Origin: Deltaproteobacteria bacterium
GTDB lineage: Bacteria; Desulfobacterota; Binatia; UBA9968; JAJDTQ01
Length of the DNA stretch: 50,878 nt
Assembly (NCBI GenBank): GCA_028821115.1
Contig: JAPPHF010000041.1
Coordinates: 1-50,878, forward strand
Reading direction: 5' to 3'
This document shows positions 50,828 to 50,878 of the stretch, piece after piece. Positions within the stretch are counted from its first letter, which is position 1. The number at the start of each line of letters is the position of its first letter. The notes under the pieces are model-generated. The model did no database searches, was not told the origin of the DNA, and saw nothing but the letters and a program-made list of their open reading frames with translations. The position numbers and the translations under genes are program-made.

Positions 50828-50878
50828 TGTTAGCGCAAAGCGATAATGTCCCCTTTTCAACAAAGCTAAGATGTCCCC
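50828..50878 (+). mobile_element. Probable terminus of an IS1202/IS481/IS21-like element, truncated by the window end
   Basis: Starts TGT, then two 18-bp near-repeats caaagcgataatgtcccc (50836-50853) and caaagctaagatgtcccc (50861-50878), 25 bp apart; AT-richer than the flank. Confidence 0.55.

Overview
High-GC bacterial chromosomal segment. Gene content suggests a Deltaproteobacteria/Binatia-like, possibly host-associated organism (inference only). A housekeeping core (thpR-recA-alaS-phoH-ybeY-prfB, fhs, bamD, TolC, an 1896-aa tandem UvrA, an Mrp/DUF971/SufT Fe-S operon) is interleaved with catabolic accessory genes: a hydantoinase/oxoprolinase pair, a hydroxycinnamoyl-CoA hydratase-lyase, SDR/ECH/two acyl-CoA dehydrogenases, a TPP enzyme, an LLM oxidoreductase, a fluoroacetate-dehalogenase-like hydrolase, an esterase and a 2OG-Fe(II) oxygenase. 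Signals the ORF track does not show: (1) two inverted copies of a 186-bp CTAG-bounded, almost fully self-complementary element with an identical 97-bp core and arms that differ by compensatory base-pair changes; they bracket three beta-oxidation genes, and a solo end remnant lies 32 kb away; (2) a DsbA/FrnE-family selenoprotein (UPWC) with a bacterial SECIS-like hairpin; (3) a REP-associated HUH transposase whose expected catalytic Tyr is His and whose end motif recurs about 2.9 kb away; (4) a separately promoted, overlap-coupled GPP34(GOLPH3-like)/cNMP-patatin(NTE-like)/thioesterase operon; (5) the prfB +1 frameshift, a 43-aa membrane microprotein, and an IS1202/IS21-like end at the window edge. 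An M23 peptidase with four repeated LysM/OapA-like modules and a BamD with a long motif-bearing tail are also unusual. No tRNA, rRNA or CRISPR array was seen. All family calls come from motif recognition by eye; no database search was run.
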